A stretch of 64,000 nt of DNA from positions 23,994,001-24,058,000 of the forward strand of contig OX597836.1 of NCBI GenBank assembly GCA_951406725.2, written 5' to 3'. The notes below the pieces were generated by a model, which was given only the letters and a program-made list of their open reading frames with translations, had not been told where the DNA came from and ran no database searches. A program made the position numbers and the translations under genes. Positions 42,471 to 56,931 of the stretch are shown piece by piece (the first letter of the stretch is position 1; each line of letters starts with the position of its first letter). Source of the stretch: Octopus vulgaris (taxonomy: Eukaryota).

Positions 42471-42700
42471 TACTCTTTACTCTTTTACTCTTTTACTTGT
42501 TTCAGTCATTTGACTGCGGCCATGCTGGAGCACCGCCTTTAGTCGAGCAAATCGACCCCGGGACTTATTCTTTGTAAGCCCAGTACTTATTCTATTGGTC
42601 TCTTTTGCCGAACCGCTAAGTGACGGGGACGTAAACACACCAGCATCGGTTATCAAGCAATGCTAGGAGGAGAAACACAGGCACACAAACACACACACTT

Positions 42701-42769
<69 letters not shown>

Positions 42770-42971
42770 TACGACAGGCTTCTTTCAGTTTCCATCTACC
42801 AAATCCACTCACAAGGCATTGGTCGGCCCGGGGCTATAGCAGAAGACACTTGCCCAAGATGCCACGCAGTGGGACTGAACCCGGAACCATGTGGTTGGTT
42901 AGCAAGCTACTTACCACACAGCCACTCCTGCGCCTATAAGCCACTCCTGCGCCTATAGCCACTCCTGCGCC
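42471..42971 (-). mobile_element. Full-length tRNA-derived SINE family A with triplicated 5' end
   Basis: Box A TGGCTGTGTGG, box B GGTTCAGTCCC, internal microsatellite and (TAAAAGAG)n tail. GCCACTCCTGCGCC occurs three times at 42921-42971. Confidence 0.9.
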
Positions 42972-43327
42972 GATATATATTATCTTAATATATATATATT
43001 TACAATTCGTGAAAAAATAACGATATGTATGCCTATGCATACATGATAAGATGGCCAGATAACCGAAGAGATGGTGGTGTGGATTTCCACCTCGGCATCC
43101 GAAACTCAGAGTTTTCTCTTGGCTACCGAATAATTGTCACATATTATTTTACAGATAAATTCCCTCTATTTACATAATATTGAGGTCTCTTTCTTTCTTT
43201 TGTTATCTTACCGTTTTTACCAATAAAATAATATATATATATATATATATACTTCATTTAAAAGCAGCAGAAATTTAACAAAAGCTGTTACTCGGAGTTT
43301 CACGTTCCCGTTCGTTCAATATGTATA

Positions 43328-44170
43328 TGCCGAACCTCTAAGTTACAGGGACGTAAACACACAAACATCGGTTGTCAAGCGATAGTGTGGTGACAAACAC
43401 AGACACACAAACATATATATATATATGTATATAGACGATGGGCTTTTTCAGTTTCCGTCTACCAAATCCACTCACAAGGCTGTGGTCGTCCCGAGTCTTA
43501 TTGTAGAAGACACTAGATCAAGGTGCCACGCAATGTGATTGAACCGGGACCCATGTGATTGGTAAGTAAGCTACTTTATTTTATCAAATTTGCCATAGAG
43601 GCAGTACAAAGATGGGTAGCTTTGCGGGCTGGACAAGACATTGATGAGGCGAATGATAATAATACGAGATGATAAGGATGGGAGAAGACAGGAAGCGCCC
43701 GCCGGCCCTCTGCTTCTCTATAACATTGTTCTTCAATAAATCACTACATAAGGTAACGAACCTCTTACAAAAATGACAACAATATTAATATACAATTTAC
43801 ATATTTCGGCACTAAACCTATTCGCCCCCGATCAGGCTGTGAGCTGCCCATAGGTACTGCTCCGGATCCTGGTCGGGGTCCCAACACTCGATTCTGAACA
43901 AGTCATTCGTAAAGGAGCCCACCACCATGGCCATGTTGACCTCCGATATGACCTTCGCAGTCATCTGCGAGGGCAACTCCTGTCTTCGGTCCAGGCTAAG
44001 GGTTCCTCTGTCAAGCTTCGCTTCCTTAGGAAGCTTTCTATCGCCCTTCCCTTCAGAAAGAATATAACAAACTCATCTTCTCTCCTTCTGGAAAGGGCCA
44101 CTGCTCCCTCTGTGGGTGGCACACTTCCCACCGACAGACTTAAGCTACTTACCACACAGCCACCCCTGAT
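43328..44170 (-). mobile_element. SINE family A copy interrupted by a 564-bp insertion
   Basis: SINE body at 43328-43576; the head resumes at 44141. Confidence 0.8.
43577..44140 (-). mobile_element. 5'-truncated retro-insertion with a 10-bp TSD (possibly an L1/Tx1 3' end)
   Basis: TSD TAAGCTACTT at 43567-43576 and 44141-44150, with an A-rich minus-strand 3' end. The clade assignment is tentative. Confidence 0.6.
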
Positions 44171-44858
44171 ATAAGCAACAACAAAAACAAAATACAAATT
44201 ACAAGAATGTATATAACCAGAAGATACAAATATTACAGGCATCCCCCCCACACACACACTAAATAAACATAGACGCACATAGAGATATAAACATGCGCAA
44301 ATGAAGACATACAATAGAAATATAAAATGGCTGACGGTTAGTAAGGAGAGACACAAGTAAGTGAGAAGAAAACAAAGGACCACTGATGCGGTCACAGGAG
44401 TGTGACGAAAGAACTTTGGCCGAAATAAGATTAAGATTAATGTAAAAAATAAATATCACTGAAGCAAAATAACACCAAATATATAGTGCGTGTGTTTTTA
44501 TTGGCTAAACTGGCAATATGACCATTCCGAAATATAACAATATCTGTTTCAACACACGACTTCACATAAAAAATCTTGCACAACAAATATTTAAACGTAT
44601 ATATATATATATATATATATATTTTCGATGGGTGAATGAATTATCCTATGTTTACCGTTAACATGGAAAATTCACGTAAAATGCAGAACAGATTGCGAAG
44701 TTATTTGATATATATTATAATGTACTTATAATACCGTGTATACATACATACTGATATACATACGAACATATATACATACAGAGATACATACATACACTCA
44801 TATGTGGAAAGTAAAGTAATTTTATTAACATCTTCGTTCAACTCCATTTATTTATTTA

Positions 44859-44905
<47 letters not shown>

Positions 44906-45729
44906 ATATGTATGTATATACACACACATATATATATATACATACACACATATATATAAATATATATATATATATATGCGTGAATAAATATTTACCTGCA
45001 AATACATATACTTGTGAATATACATGTGAATATATATACACGAACAGACACAGAGCAACGCATACACACACACACATATGCACATGAGCGCACATACACA
45101 CACATAATTGTACATACTTAGACATTACTATCTCAGATATAAAACATCTCTTTTATTTCTCCCGTACTGAATTTAAAAAAAACATAATGAAGCATTTGTG
45201 ATTGAAGTTTTCCGAATACAAGCAGCAACTTCTGAAAAAGAAACAATTACTAACGTCTTGTATTCAAGACACAATGAAGCTATAACTATGCCTGCAAAGA
45301 ATATATAAACTTCTGGAACAAACCGTAGAGTAGTAGAATGGACACTTGACAGAAAATTAAGACAGAAAAATTAAAATCCACTTACCTTGACACGACATTT
45401 CTTCACTTCAACAGGACGGAGTAACAATTCACTGAAGCAGACGACACCCTGACCTGCTGATGTATACCACGTGACTTTATCTGAAACGCTGTTAAAAGTT
45501 TTGCAGCGTTTCTAACGCAAACGAAGGTACGACGGTGAGCGTTCGTGTGTGTGCGTGCGTGTGTGAATGTATTTGTGTGAGTAAACGTGAATGTGTACGT
45601 ATGAGTGTGTGCTTGTGAGATAGCATTTTCGTACACACACGCACACACCTATATATGTGAATGTGAATTCATAAAAATATGCATATGCAAACGTATATGT
45701 ATATATATATATACTTAAATATATAATTA

Positions 45730-45764
<35 letters not shown>

Positions 45765-45765
45765 T

Positions 45766-45827
<62 letters not shown>

Positions 45828-45837
45828 TAATATATAT

Positions 45838-45926
<89 letters not shown>

Positions 45927-46355
45927 TGGCACATAAGTAATGGAAAGAGTATTGAAAAGCAGACCAATATACAAATTTATTTGTTTTGAAATTATATATA
46001 TCTTTAATTAATCGTAACAATTTTTTCACTTCTAAAACATTTCAAAATTACTAACTGGGCAGGCACTACGAATGGGCAATACACGTCAAATACAGAACAG
46101 ATTGCGAAGTTATTTGATATATATTATAATGTACTTATAATGCCGTGTATACATACATACTGATATACATACGAACATATATTCATATATACATACACAC
46201 ACGCATATGTATATATATGTATATGTGTGTGTGTGCGTGTGTGTGTATATACATACACATATTCATACATGCATACATCAGCATATATATATATATATAC
46301 AGCGTGAAAGAATGTTTGCGTATAAACATAAGCGTAGGTGTCAATATGTATATGT

Positions 46356-46393
<38 letters not shown>

Positions 46394-46414
46394 ACATATA
46401 TTCATATATATATA

Positions 46415-46450
<36 letters not shown>

Positions 46451-46479
46451 ATTTCGGAATGGTCATTTTGGCAGTTTAG

Positions 46480-46536
<57 letters not shown>

Positions 46537-47551
46537 GCATACATGTCGTGCATCTATATGTATAAAATTCATGTCTCAGTTGCAAAGTATATTTGGTTCT
46601 GTAAACAATTCTCAAATGTAGGAGGCAAATGTATAAATGAACTTTTGAGAAATATGTGTCTGAATTACATACGCTGTACAATTCGAGAAATCTCTCGTTT
46701 CGGACAGAATAAATCTATAAAAATGCCTCAATAGAATATATAAACTGCAAAGAAGACATTTTGAACAAAACATCAGGTACTAGAATGGACATTGCAAAGA
46801 AAACCGAGACCAAAGAATTAATATCCACCTACCTACACAGAACATTTAATTTTTGTTTTACTCCAACAGGACTGGGTGACAATTCACTGAAGCAGACGAC
46901 ACCCTAGGCTGCTGATGGTTTACCACGTGACTTTATCTGGCCAACACCTGTTACAGCGTTTCAAATTCAACCTAGTGTGTGTGTCTTTGTGTGTATGTGT
47001 GTGTGTGTGTGTGTATGTGTCTGTGTGTGTGTGTGTGTGTGTGTATGTGTGTGTCTCTGTGCGTGCGTGCGTCTACGTACATGTGATTGTGCACTTAAAC
47101 GTATGTTCGTATGTATGCGCACCTTAGTGTATGTGTTCGTGTGAGTTACTGTATATGTTCGTGTTTATTTGTACAAGCGTTTGCTAGTGTGTGTGTGTGT
47201 GTGAGTGCATGTGCATTTATGTGTGTGTGTGAGTGTGTTTGTGCGTTTGTGTTTGCATGTGCGTATGTGTGCATGTGTCTATGTATATGTGATTGTGCGC
47301 TTTTACGTATGTGTGTATGTATGCGTGTATTAGCATTCGTGTTCTACTTATTTGCAGTGAGATTCAGACAATGCTTTCAATAAATTCGTAAAAGCCTAGT
47401 ATTTAATTTCATCTTCTTAGGGCCGAACCGCTTCCTTACAGGGGGTAAACACAGCAACTTCGGTTGTCATGCGGGGGTATGGGGCAAGCACCAACACAAA
47501 GACACACGCACATCTCTCTTTCTCTCTCTCTCTCTCTTTCTCTCTCTTTAT

Positions 47552-47586
<35 letters not shown>

Positions 47587-47809
47587 ACTATCCATCAATC
47601 TATCTCTGTCCGTGTCTCTCTTTCTCTCTCTCTCTCGCTCTCTCTCTCCCTCTCTCCCTCCCATACACACACACAAACGAACACATTGTTCACATACATA
47701 CATATATGAATACATACATACATACATAAGTACATACATATATATATATATTTTGCAAACAACTTGCACATTTTTTTGCAAGACATATATATATATACAC
47801 GTAGCAATG

Positions 47810-47845
<36 letters not shown>

Positions 47846-48564
47846 CATTGCTACGTGTACACATATATGTTTAAACATATATTTATATGTGTATATACAA
47901 AAACACATATATATGTGTGTGTGTGTATATGTATGTATGCATGTATGTATGTATATATGCATGCCTTGTATGCATGTATGTATGTAGGTATATGTTCGAA
48001 TGTAGGTAATAGAAATAATGTAGACAGAATACGTGCATATACAAATATGTGTTATGGAAGTGTAAATATCTCCAATTATGCATAATTGTTTCTCACTGTT
48101 CGAAGACGATATTGCGTAAGTTTTTCACTTACCTTGACACGACATTTTATTACTCCAACAGGACTGGGTAACAATTCACTGAAGCAGACGACACCCTAGC
48201 CTGCTGATGGTAGACCACGTGACTTTATCTGGCCAACAATTGTTACAGCGTTTCAAATGCAATCTAGTGTGTGTATATGTGTGTGTGTGCTTGTGTATGT
48301 GTGTGTGTGCGTGTCTATGTATATGTGATTGTGAGCTTTCACTTATGTGTGTATGTATGCGTGTGTTAGCATACGTGTTCGAGTGAGTTGCTGTGAGATT
48401 CAGACAATACTTTCAATACATTGGTAAAAGCCTATTATTTAATGTCATCTTCCTAGGGCCGAAATGCTTACTTACAGGGGGTAAACACAGCAACTTCGGT
48501 CGTCATGCGGGGGTATGGGGCAAACACCAACAAAAAGATACACGCACATCTCTCTCTCTTTTTA

Positions 48565-48627
<63 letters not shown>

Positions 48628-49630
48628 ATTATCCATCTATCTATCTCTGTCCGTGTCTCCCTTTCTCTCTCTCGCTCTCTCTCTCCCTCTCTCCCTCCCA
48701 TACACACTCACAAACGAACACATTGTTCACATACATACATATATGCACACATACATACATACACACAAACACACGCACACACACATATATATACATATAT
48801 ATATATTTACATATATGTATATATATATGGACATATATTTGTGTGCATATATATATATATATATACATACATACATACACTGCTACGTGTACACATATAT
48901 GTTTAAACATATATTTATATATGTGTATATACAAAAACACATATTTATATGTGTGTATATAAAAATACCCATATATATGTGTGTGTATATGTATGTATGC
49001 ATGTATGTATGTATATATGCATGCCTTGTATGCATGTATGTATGTAGGTATATGTTATAAGGTAGGTAATAGAAAAAATGTAGACAGAATACGTACATAT
49101 ACAAATATGTGCTATGGAAGTGTAAATATCTCCAATGATGCATAATTGTTTCTCACTGTTCGAAGACGATATTGCGTAAGTTTTTCACTTACCTTGACAC
49201 GACATTTCGTTACTCCAACAGGACTGGGTAACAATTCACTGAAGCAGACGACACCCTAGCCTGCTGATGGTATACCACGTGACTTTATCTGGCCAATAAT
49301 TGTTACAGCGTTTCAAATGCAATCTAGTGTATGGGTGTGTGTGTGTATTTGTGTATGTGTGTGTGTGTGTATTTGTGTATGTGTGTGTGCGTGTGTCTAT
49401 GTATATGTGATTGTGCACTTGTACGTATGTGTGTATGTATGCGTGTGTTAGTATACGTGTTCGACTGATTTGCAGTGAGATTCAGACAATACTTTCAATA
49501 CATTGGTAAAAGCCTAGTATTTAATGTCATCTTCCTAGGGCCGAGCCGCTTACTTAATGGGGGTAAACACAGCAACATCGGTTGTCATGCGGTGGTATGG
49601 GGCAAACACCAACAAGAAGATACAAGTACA

Positions 49631-49681
<51 letters not shown>

Positions 49682-49837
49682 ATCTATCTATCTAACTATC
49701 TAATTATCCATCTATCTATCTCTCCGTGTCTCTCTTTCTCTCTCTCGCTCTCTCTCTCCCTCTCTCCCTCCCATACACACTCACAAACGAACACATTGTT
49801 CACATACATACATATATGCATACATACATACATACAT

Positions 49838-49889
<52 letters not shown>

Positions 49890-49900
49890 GTATATTTACA

Positions 49901-49976
<76 letters not shown>

Positions 49977-49978
<2 letters not shown>

Positions 49979-50392
49979 CGCATGAGTGGCTGTGTGGTAA
50001 GTAGCCTGTCTACCAACCACATGGTTCCGGGTTCAGTCCCAGTGCGTGGCATCTTGGGCAAGTGTCTTCTGCTATAGCCTCGGGCCGACCAAAGCCTTGT
50101 GAGTGGATTTGGTAGACGGAAACTGAAAGAAGCCTGTCGTATATATGTATATATATATGTATATGTGTGTATATGTTTGTGTGTCTGTGTTTGTCCCCCC
50201 TAGCATTGCTTGACAACCGATGCTGGCGTGTTTACGTCCCCGTCACTTAGCGGTTCGGCAAAAGAGACCGATAGAATAAGTACTGGGCTTACAAAGAATA
50301 AGTCCCGGGGTCGATTTGCTCGACTAAAGGCGGTGCTCCAGCATGGCCGCGGTCAAATGACTGAAACAAGTAAAAGAGTAAAAGAGAAAAGA

Positions 50393-50394
<2 letters not shown>
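49977..50394 (+). mobile_element. Full-length young SINE family A inside an array unit
   Basis: GGCGCATGAGTGGCTGTGTGG...GGCGGTGCTCCAGCATGGCCGCGGTCAAATGACTGAAACAAGTAAAAGAG, inserted in (TA)n. Confidence 0.92.
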
Positions 50395-50430
<36 letters not shown>

Positions 50431-51338
50431 ACATATATTTGTGTGCATATATACATACATACATACACTGCTACGTGTACACATATATGTTTAAACAAAT
50501 ATTTATATATGTGTATATACAAAAACACATATATTTATATGTGTGTATATAAAAATACCCATATATATGTGTGTGTATATATGTATGTATGCATGTATGT
50601 ATGTATATATGTATATATGCATGCCTTGTATGCATGTATGTATGTAGGTATATGTTATAATGTAGGTAATAGAAAAAATGTAGACAGAATACGTACATAT
50701 ACAAATATGTGTTATGGAAGTGTAAATATCTCCAAAAATGCATAATTGATTCTCACTGTTCGAAGACGATATTGCGTAAGTTTTTCACTTACCTTGACAC
50801 GACATTTTGTTACTCCAAGAGGACTGGGTAACAATTCACTGAAGCAGACGACACCCTAGCCTGCTGATGGTAGACCACGTGACTTTATCTGGCCAACAAT
50901 CGTTACAGCTTTTCTAACGCAAACTAGTGTGTGTATGTGTGTGTGTGTTTGTGTGTGTGTGTTTGTGTATGTGTGTGTGTGTGTGTGTCCACGTATATGT
51001 GATTGTGCACTTTTACATACGTTCGTATGTATGCGCACCTTAGTGTATGTGTTCGTGTGAGTTACTGTATATGTTCGTGTTCATTTGTACAAGCGTTTGC
51101 TAGTGTGTGTGTGTGAGTGCATGTGCATTTATGTGTGTATATATGCGTGTGTTAGCATACGTGTTCGACTGATTTGCAGTGAGATTCAGACAATACTTTC
51201 AATACATTGGTAACAGTCTAGTATTTATTGTCATCTTCTTAGGGCCGAACCGCTTACGTACAGGTGGATAAACATAGCAACATTGGTTGTCATGCAGTGG
51301 TATGGAGCAAACACCAACAAAAAGATATACGCACATAA

Positions 51339-51384
<46 letters not shown>

Positions 51385-51451
51385 TTATCTATCTATCTCC
51401 GTCTCTTTGCCTCTCTGTCTGCCTAGAGGTCTCTCTCTCTCTCTCTTCCCA

Positions 51452-51511
<60 letters not shown>

Positions 51512-52522
51512 CGTAGATACATGCATACATGTTCATCTTTACCCGTAATGCACATTAATATTCTAGTTAAAAAAGATTTCTTTCTTTTTATGATTTTTTT
51601 TTTCATATTCAATTCTGATAAGTAAAACAATTATCTTAAAGAAGTTTTTCAAAATGCGTGGTGTAGTTTACATAAGATATACAATTAGGGCGAACTTATA
51701 TTCGAAACAATGAAACTATAATATGCCTGCAATGAATATGTAAACTTCTGGAACAAACCACACGAAATAGTACAATGGACATTTGGCAGAAAAATCGTGA
51801 CGAAAAAGTTTTTCACTTACCTTGACACGACATTTTGTTAATCCAACAGGACTGGGTAACAATTCACTGAAGCAGACGACACCCTAGCCTGCTGATGGTA
51901 TACCACGTGACTTTATCTGGCCAACAATTGTTACAGCGTTTCAAATGCAATCTAGTGTATGTGTGTCTTTGTGTGTGTGTATGTGTGTGTGTGTGTGCGT
52001 GTACGTGTGCGTGTATATGTATATGTGATTGTGTACCTATGTACATGTGATTGTGCACCTTTACACACGTGCGTATGTATGCGTGCCTCAGCGTATATCT
52101 TCGTGTGAGTCAGTGCCAAGTTGTGTATATATTCGCGTTTATTTGTGCATGCGTTTGCTAGTGTGTTTGTGTGTGAGAGCATGTGCATGTACGTGTGTAT
52201 GTATGCGTTTGCATATATGTTTATGTGTGTGTATGTTTGTGTTGTATGTGCATGTGTCTGTGCGTTTGTGTATTTATAATTATCTGTGCGCTTTTACTTA
52301 TGCGTGTATGTATGCGTGTGTAAGCATACGTGTTCGACTGAGTTGCTGTGGCATCAACCCACTAATTTCAATAGATTGGTTAAAGCCTAGTATTCATTCA
52401 GTTATATTCCTGATGTCGAACTGCTTACTTACAGGGATGTAAACACAGGAACATCGTTGACAAGCGGGGGTATGGGACAAACACCAAGACAAAGACACAC
52501 GCACATAAATCTCTCTCTTTCA

Positions 52523-52590
<68 letters not shown>

Positions 52591-52664
52591 CTATCTATCT
52601 ATCAATCTATCTATCTATTTCTGATAGCTATCGGTGTCTGCTAATCTGTCTCTCTGTTTTTCTA

Positions 52665-52696
<32 letters not shown>

Positions 52697-53175
52697 TGGC
52701 TTGCTCGCTTAGCCCGCGGGGTGGCGTCATTTGAAGGCTAAAACAATACGAAGCGCATTGTGACCAGCGATGTGTAGCAACATCTGTTAGCCTGGTCGGT
52801 CACGGTGATCACGGTGATATATATATATATATACGCTGGTGTTTTTTCCGTTTCCTTCCACCAAATACACTCAAAAGGTTTTGGTTGGCCCGTGGCTACA
52901 CTAGAAAACATCTGCCCAAAATGCCACGCATTGTTATTGAGCTTGGAACCACGTGTTTTGGAAGCAAGCTCATCGTGGAAACAATCATTTTGTCTCCGGT
53001 TGTCTGGTTCTAGGAGTGTCCCTGTAACTGAGGGTTTAACTGTATGTGTACCTACCTGCCCCTCTCTCGTTCTCACTCTCTCTCACTTTCTCTCTAACTC
53101 CTACTCTCCCTCACATACACACACACAAACGGACACACTGTTTACATACATATATACATATAGATATGTATATAT

Positions 53176-53208
<33 letters not shown>

Positions 53209-53276
53209 TATATGTGTGTTTGTGTGTGTGTGTGTGTATTTATGTACATATCTATGTAAGTATATATATATATATA

Positions 53277-53673
53277 TCTTTATATATAAAAGTCAAGCTG
53301 TGTGTCTGTCTCCTACGATCTAGATTCTTAACTACTCCCACATTTTGCGGTGCAGTTTAACCAAAACCGGGTATCTTATAGTCGTGATTCATATCGAGCC
53401 CTTCTGGGTATTAGCGCGCGTCTACGAAGAGTCTACGATTTTAAAAAAATTTACCATAATTTTTTTCCATTTTAATGCATTCTTTTCGCTATTATATAAG
53501 GGAAGTAACTCTCTAAAAATGTATACGATCAGTCAACGATTTAGAAAAAAATTTGCCATCATTTTTTTTCCATTTTTAATGCATTTTTTTGCTATTTTTT
53601 GGCTATAACTCTCTAAAAATGCTTATATAGTTATTTCCCTTACAAACCCGAGCTACGCCGGGCGATACTGCTA

Positions 53674-53674
<1 letters not shown>
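53277..53674 (+). mobile_element. Non-autonomous Helitron
   Basis: A|TC start; 3' hairpin CCCGAGCTACGCCGGG then CGATACTGCTAG|T. Confidence 0.8.
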
Positions 53675-53735
<61 letters not shown>

Positions 53736-54507
53736 AAATATATATATACAAGCATATGTATATATATATGTGCGTGTATGTATGTATGTGTGTGTATATG
53801 TATGTAATATATGCATGTATGTATATATATGCATGCCTTGTATGCATGTATGTATGTAGGTATATGTTCGAATGTAGATAATAGAAAGAATGTAGACAGA
53901 ATATGTGCATATACAAATATGCGTTATGAAAGTGTAAATATCTCCAATGAGATGCATAACTGTTTCTCACTGTTCGAAGACGATATTGCGAAGATAACAA
54001 GTGAGCAAACAATACGATATTAACAGAAAGCAAAGAACAGACTGACATACTGCGTAATATAGGCGGAATATATCTGAAGTGTATACATTTATTTATTTCA
54101 TGTTATCTATTGTAACATCGACCTTTATATACATATCTATCTATCTATCAATCTATATAAAACCTTTGATTCAATAACACTGTGTATAAATTCTATACTT
54201 GGAAAGACCAATTTTAAATGCCATTGGATTTTACTCATGAGGTATTGGAATCTTACATGTATACTATTCTGCCTAAAAAAAATTGATCTACAAATAAAAT
54301 ATCCCTACACATACCAAATCTATTTTCTCTCCTCCATCTCATTCACTATTTTTAAGTCTCTTATCTAAATTAACTATTACTTGACCATCCTCTCACAGTG
54401 TCTCCGTTGAAGGGATATAATATCATAGAAACATCTGTTAGACCTTCTATCTATAAATGTTCTAAAATCTACAATGCCTTGTTTTTTTTTATACCATTAC
54501 GAAAAAA

Positions 54508-54556
<49 letters not shown>

Positions 54557-54571
54557 AATAAATATATAAAC

Positions 54572-54604
<33 letters not shown>

Positions 54605-54631
54605 CATAAATATATATATATATATATATAC

Positions 54632-54733
<102 letters not shown>

Positions 54734-55147
54734 CTTCAAAATAAATATCGGTATGCAAACATCCATTGCTGTAAATATTATACACATACACACACACTAA
54801 CAGACACACTTACACACACATGTATGTATATGTATATGTATACATACATGCATACATGTGCATCTTTACACGTAATACACATTAATATATTAGATGAAAA
54901 ATATATCTTTCTTTTTATGATTTTTCTTTTGATATTTAATTCTGATAAGTAAAATAATTATCTAAAAGAAGTATTCCAAAATACGTGCTGTATTTTACAT
55001 AAGATATACAATTAGGGCGAACTTATATTCGAAACAATGAAACTGTAATATGCCTGCAAAGAATATGTGAGCTCCTGGAACAAACCACATGAAATAATAC
55101 GATGGACATTTGGCACAAAAATTGAGACCAAAAAGTTTTCCACTTAC

Positions 55148-55243
55148 CTTGACACGACATTTTGTTACTCCAACAGGACTGGGTGACAATTCACTGAAGC
55201 AGACGACACCCTAGCCTGCTGATGGTATACCACGTGACTTTAT
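55148..55243 (-). other. Array core, subtype B (candidate exon, 96 nt, stop codons in all three frames)
   Basis: GGCCAG|ATAAAGTCACGTGGTATACCATCAGCAGGCTAGGG...ATGTCGTGTCAAG|GTAAGT; representative of copies 5-10. Confidence 0.5.
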
Positions 55244-55801
55244 CTGGCCAACAATTCTTACAGCGTTTCAAATGCAATCTAGTGTGTGTGTTTCTGTGTT
55301 TGTGTGTGTGTATGTGTGTGTGCGTGTGTCTATGTATATGTGATTGTGGAACTTTTACGAATGTGCGTATGCATGCGTGCTTTAGCGAATGTCTTCGTGT
55401 CAGTTACTGCCAGTTTGTGTATATATTCGTGTTTATTTGTGCATGCGTTTGCTAGCGCCTATCTGAGTGCATGTGCATGCATGTGTGTGTAGGAGTTTGT
55501 GTATATGCTTGTGTTTGTATGTGCGTGTGTGTGTGTGTGTGCATTTGTCTATGTATGTGATTGTGCGCTTTTACTTATGTGTGTATGTATGCGTGTGTTA
55601 ACATACATGTTCGAGTGAGTTGCTGTGAGATTCAGACAATACTTTCAATACATTGGTAAAAGTCTAGTATTTAATGTCATCTTCTCAGGGCCGAACTGTT
55701 TACTTACAGGGGGCAAACACAGCAACTTCGGTTGTCATGTGGTGGTATGGGACAAACACCAACACAAAGACACACGCACATTAATCTCTCTCTCTCTCTC
55801 T

Positions 55802-55909
<108 letters not shown>

Positions 55910-55981
55910 TTCTGTCTGTTTGTCTGTCTGTCTGTCTCTCTCTCGCTCTCTCTCACTCTCTCTCCCCATATATATATATGT

Positions 55982-56012
<31 letters not shown>

Positions 56013-56495
56013 TGCATATATATATATATATATATATGATATATACATACAAGAACGCATATATATATATATATATATAATATTAAATATACACACACAT
56101 ATATATGATGATGTTTCAGTATCTTTCTACTAAATCCACTCAAAAGGTTTGGATCGGCCCGTAGCTACAGTACAAGTCATTTGCCCAGAATACCACGCAT
56201 TGTGATTGAACTTGGAACCATGTGCTGGGTAAGCAAGTTCATCGTGGAAGCAATCATTTTGGCACAGGATAGCAGATAATTTTCTCACTCCTTGTCTCCG
56301 GTTGTCTAGCTCTATGAGTAACTGACGGTGTAGCTGTTTGTGTACCTACCTGCCCGTCTCTCTTTCTCACTCTCTCTCTCTCTCTCTCTCTCGCTCTTTC
56401 ACTCTCTGTCTCTCTCTCACATACACACACAATTGAACACACTGTTTACAAACATACGTACATACATACATGCGTACATATATATGTATATATAT

Positions 56496-56540
<45 letters not shown>

Positions 56541-56580
56541 CATATGTAGATATGCATATATGTATGTACATACATATGTA

Positions 56581-56624
<44 letters not shown>

Positions 56625-56864
56625 CATACATTGCTACGTGTACACATATATGTTTAAACATACATTTATATATGTGTATATATTCAAACATATATATATA
56701 TGTGTATATATACAAACATATATATATATGTGTGTGTGTGTGTGTATGTATGTATGCATATATGTATGTATATATATATATATATATATATATAAAGCTA
56801 TGTAAGTATGTGTTTATGAATGTATGTCTGTATGTATGTATCTATATAACTATATATATATGTA

Positions 56865-56931
<67 letters not shown>

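Noticed and set aside
47340-47510. Second conserved block in the array units as another exon (e.g. ORFs starting MRFRQYFQ)
   Set aside because: It aligns to the minus strand of SINE family A (GCCGAACCGCT...GTAAACAC...CGGTTGTCA), so it is a co-duplicated SINE remnant.
49977-50050. tRNA genes
   Set aside because: The box A/B sequences continue into SINE bodies with no complete cloverleaf, so they are SINE heads.
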